52,547 nucleotides of DNA from Octopus bimaculoides (lineage: Eukaryota): assembly GCF_001194135.2 (NCBI RefSeq), contig NC_068998.1:33406101-33458647 (forward strand), read 5' to 3'. Both the position numbers and the translations under genes were made by a program. Every line of letters begins with the position of its first letter. Position 1 is the stretch's first letter. The notes beneath the pieces are model-generated. The model made no database searches and was not told where the DNA came from. It worked only from the letters and a program-made list of their open reading frames with translations. Below, piece by piece: positions 49,611 through 52,547 of the stretch.

Positions 49611-50400
49611 AATGGAGTTAAACACAGACATTATTCAAATCTTTATACTTCCAACATATGTTTCAAAGAAAACATTGGTATTATTCCTGAGGGAATAAAA
49701 TGATGTAAAACAATGTAATCATCTCGCCGAGGAAAAAAGAGAAACAAAGCACATCAATACGCCATTTTATCTGAATGTGATTACCGTGTATATGATGAAG
49801 GGAATGCTGCTGGAAAGTTATTTAAAAAAAAAACATTAATAAATTTAACGTCAAAGGTAATTTAGAGAAAGAAAAGGAGGAGAAAGAAAGAAATTAACAG
49901 AAAATTAAGAGTGGAGAAATATAGTGTGATAGCTGAGTAGAAATAAAGCTTAAAGGCGTGTAAATAGATATATGTAGTGGAAATGAAATGTAAGAAGACA
50001 GTCAAAAGTAAAATTATATGGATTGGTAGCAATTGCATTTAGGAACTAAAGGTATGTTTTTACCAATGTTTGCAACGATAAGCACATTCTGTAAATGAGT
50101 TTACAAGAGAATTCTCCGAGAACAGAATGAGATACTGTTCTTCAGTACAGAATGGACAAAAGGATTTACCCTTATCATATGGAAATGATCTAGATTGAAT
50201 ATTCCATTCCAAACCAAATTGTTTATTATGTTCCTTTAGAGACTGAATTAATTTCCTAATCCCAGTATTGTTGCATTTATTGATATGTTTAAATGTAGAG
50301 TAATGGTTAGATATTCTTTTGGATAACTGAGATGAAGAACTACCTATGTAGAAAGACATCAGAACCAGAAGTAATTTTACATTGAAAAATAGAGTTTCTA
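49611..50400 (-). pseudogene. Penelope-like element, 5'-truncated: GIY-YIG endonuclease, 3' UTR and degenerate HHR
   Basis: IFQCKI../SFYIGSSSSQLSKRISNHYSTF..LEWNI..FCPFCTEEQYLIL..LVNSFTECAYRCKH. Pyrimidine-rich UTR; HHR-like motif at 49649-49695. Confidence 0.88.
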
Positions 50401-50499
50401 GTCTTAGAATGACTGCTAAGGAAACGAATGTGATTCGAATTTATATCAGAAATACTAATATGTATATAATGTATGCATATGTATGTATATATAGAGAGA

Positions 50500-51643
50500 C
50501 AAACGTGTACGTATGCCGCTATATTATTTTATATATAAAAAGAAATTTATATTTTATATATATTTCTTATACATAAAAAATACAAAAAAATGGGACAAGA
50601 GCACGAAACATTCAGACAGTTAGGTGATACAAAAAAGGGACAACAAAACATCCAGACAGATGATACAAAGAAAACAAGGATGGGTCATTCGGAGTTTTCT
50701 ATCCTAAGTCGAGTTCCAGATTATCTTTGCAATTTTGGCTGGTTATACTCGAGATTACTCCAATCTGGCCATCCCCAAGGAAAAACTAAGCTAAGAGCAT
50801 TATATTCCTTGGAAGAAAGCAGCTAATGTATACAAAAACAAGGACGGAAAAAAAAACGGAGAATGTTACACAAATATAATGCAAATAACAGGACATAACA
50901 ACAGGTGTCTTTCGACTAAGGACGAATTAAACTAAGTTGCCGCATGTGGAAGTAAAGCCTTACAGCAAGGACATAAGATTTGTCAGGCACAGGGAGGAAT
51001 ATAATATGTTGCATGGATGGTAGTCGAACCAGGAAAGAAAGGTCAGGCTTGGCCGAACACCAATCACGTGGGGAGATAAGCGAGAGAGGTAGAGGCAGAG
51101 GGATAGAAAATTAAGGAGGGGCGAGAGAAAATAAAAGGGTCACAGTGAAGTAAAAGAGGAGGGAAAGTAAGCATGGAGAGAAGGCCAGAAAATGTGAGAG
51201 GGGGTAACGAAAGAACGAAGAGTGGAATGAATGAAGTAAGCGTGAAAGGACTGATAGAAAGAAGGAAAGAATGAAAGAATAGAAAGAATAATAAAGTCGT
51301 ACAAAATTTAGATATATATATACTTACATATAAAAGACTAAAGTGTATGTACACCGCTATATTTTTTTATATATAAAAAATACAAAAATGGGACAAGAAT
51401 GCAAAACATCCAGACAGACGATACAAAAGAACAAGGATGGGTCATTTGGAATTTTGTATCCTCAGTCAAGTTCCAGATTATCTTTGCAGTTTTGACTGGC
51501 TGCACTCGAGATTGCTCCAATCTGGCCAGCTCCAAGGAAAAACTAAGCTAAGAGCATTATATTCCTTGGAAGAAAGCAGCTAATGTATACGAAAACAAGG
51601 ACGGAAAAAACAGAGAATGTTACACAAATACAAATGCAAATAA
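50500..51643. mobile_element. Partial tandem: two 300-380 bp direct repeats around a ~460 bp unique segment (pseudo-LTR-like)
   Basis: About 50500-50890 and 51335-51643 share CCGCTATAT..AAATGGGACAAG..CCAAGGAAAAACTAAGCTAAGAGC..GAGAATGTTACACAAAT. No TG..CA termini or PBS seen. Confidence 0.75.
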
Positions 51644-52198
51644 TATATATGTATATATATATATATATATATGTATATGTATATATATGTGTAAATATAT
51701 ATGTGTGTATGTAATTTTATTCAAAGAAACAGGTTGTGAATCCAACCACCTAAGGGATAGCATCTATCCAATATACTACTGGTAGAATACCTAATTAATA
51801 CACAAGTGTTGGTTATTGCATGGCAATTACCCTACTGAGTATAATAATTAGGCAAGGGTAAAAAGTGGTTTATCCTTAATTTATATGGCAAGAAGAAAAT
51901 GGAGGGAATCCAGAGGAAGTATTCATCAGCTGTTATATATTATATTATATCTATTTATTTCTTTGAAACAGTTCAGATGTATATAAATATGTAAATGCAT
52001 GTGTAAAGTATTAGTAATTTCTAGAATAGAGAAAGAAGAGCAGTTTCTTATAGTTTTTTCAGCCAAGAGGTCACAGTATCCCATATGTTATTTCCATCTT
52101 TTCAGTGTATTGTAGTAATCTGTAGAGGCTTCGTCAGAGAGTTTTATAAGATAGTCATAGAATTCATAGGGTTAATTTATGCATGTATATATATATGA

Positions 52199-52547
52199 CT
52201 CACGGACAAAGAAAAAGATTACATCACTAATTTCAAATGCAAGCCCAGCCTCTTCTATGGCCTCCCTAAAATCCATAAGAACAAATCCATCACCGAAGCT
52301 TGCAAACTCTCCTCTGAAATCTACATCAACATCAAGGCACCGGAGGATTTAAAACTAAGACCCATTATAGCAGGCACCTCCTGCGAAACACCTTGCTTAA
52401 GCAATTTCTTGGACATTCTTTTGAAACCTTTCCTAAGCCACATCAAAAGTTTCATCAGAGATGACCTTGACATGCTCAATCACCTCCCGAAAACAACAAA
52501 CGAGGAGTCACTCTTGGTTTCTTTTGACGTGGTCAACCTTTGTACAA
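52199..52547 (+). pseudogene. Penelope-like reverse transcriptase, N-terminal part, running off the window
   Basis: Open frame LTDKEKDYITNFKCKPSLFYGLPKIHK...LKLRPIIAGTSCET..LSNFLDILLKPFL..IKSFIRD..LLVSFDVVNL has the PLE FYGLPKIHK / LRPI / SFDV motifs. It starts directly after a (TA)n tract and cannot be judged intact. Confidence 0.9.

Noticed and set aside
51436-51540. Minus-strand CTGAGGA..CCAAAT and TTGGAGC-TGGC..GCCAG-TCAAAA as HHR candidates
   Set aside because: No arrangement gives both a valid core and a paired helix II in either repeat copy.
1-52547. CRISPR arrays, rRNA, prokaryotic operons
   Set aside because: No repeat-spacer array or rRNA-like sequence was seen; the DNA is eukaryotic in character.

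Overview
AT-rich, microsatellite-dense eukaryotic DNA with five assembly gaps. The repeat families look like those of a coleoid cephalopod (octopus-like); that is an inference from family resemblance, not a database result. I cannot recognise any host protein-coding gene, so the window reads as intronic or intergenic sequence built mostly from decayed transposons. DNA elements: two hAT transposases (TTF-zinc-finger type and Charlie/Buster type), mariner and maT-like Tc1/mariner copies, two MITEs and a Helitron 3' end. Retroelements: RTE and CR1-clade LINE fragments, three SINE families and four Penelope-like element (PLE) coding fragments. The most interesting layer is non-coding: minimal type-I hammerhead ribozyme (HHR) motifs from about four different repeat families. 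One sits in a tRNA-headed SINE-like unit inserted as a TSD-flanked inverted dimer (11425-11882). Another lies inside a long multi-hairpin, retrozyme-like unit (about 40447-40680). A PLE at 25.2-26.9 kb has a roughly 190-codon in-frame Ser/Asn/Thr-rich insert between the GIY and YIG motifs of its endonuclease. All calls were made by eye; no searches or folding programs were run.
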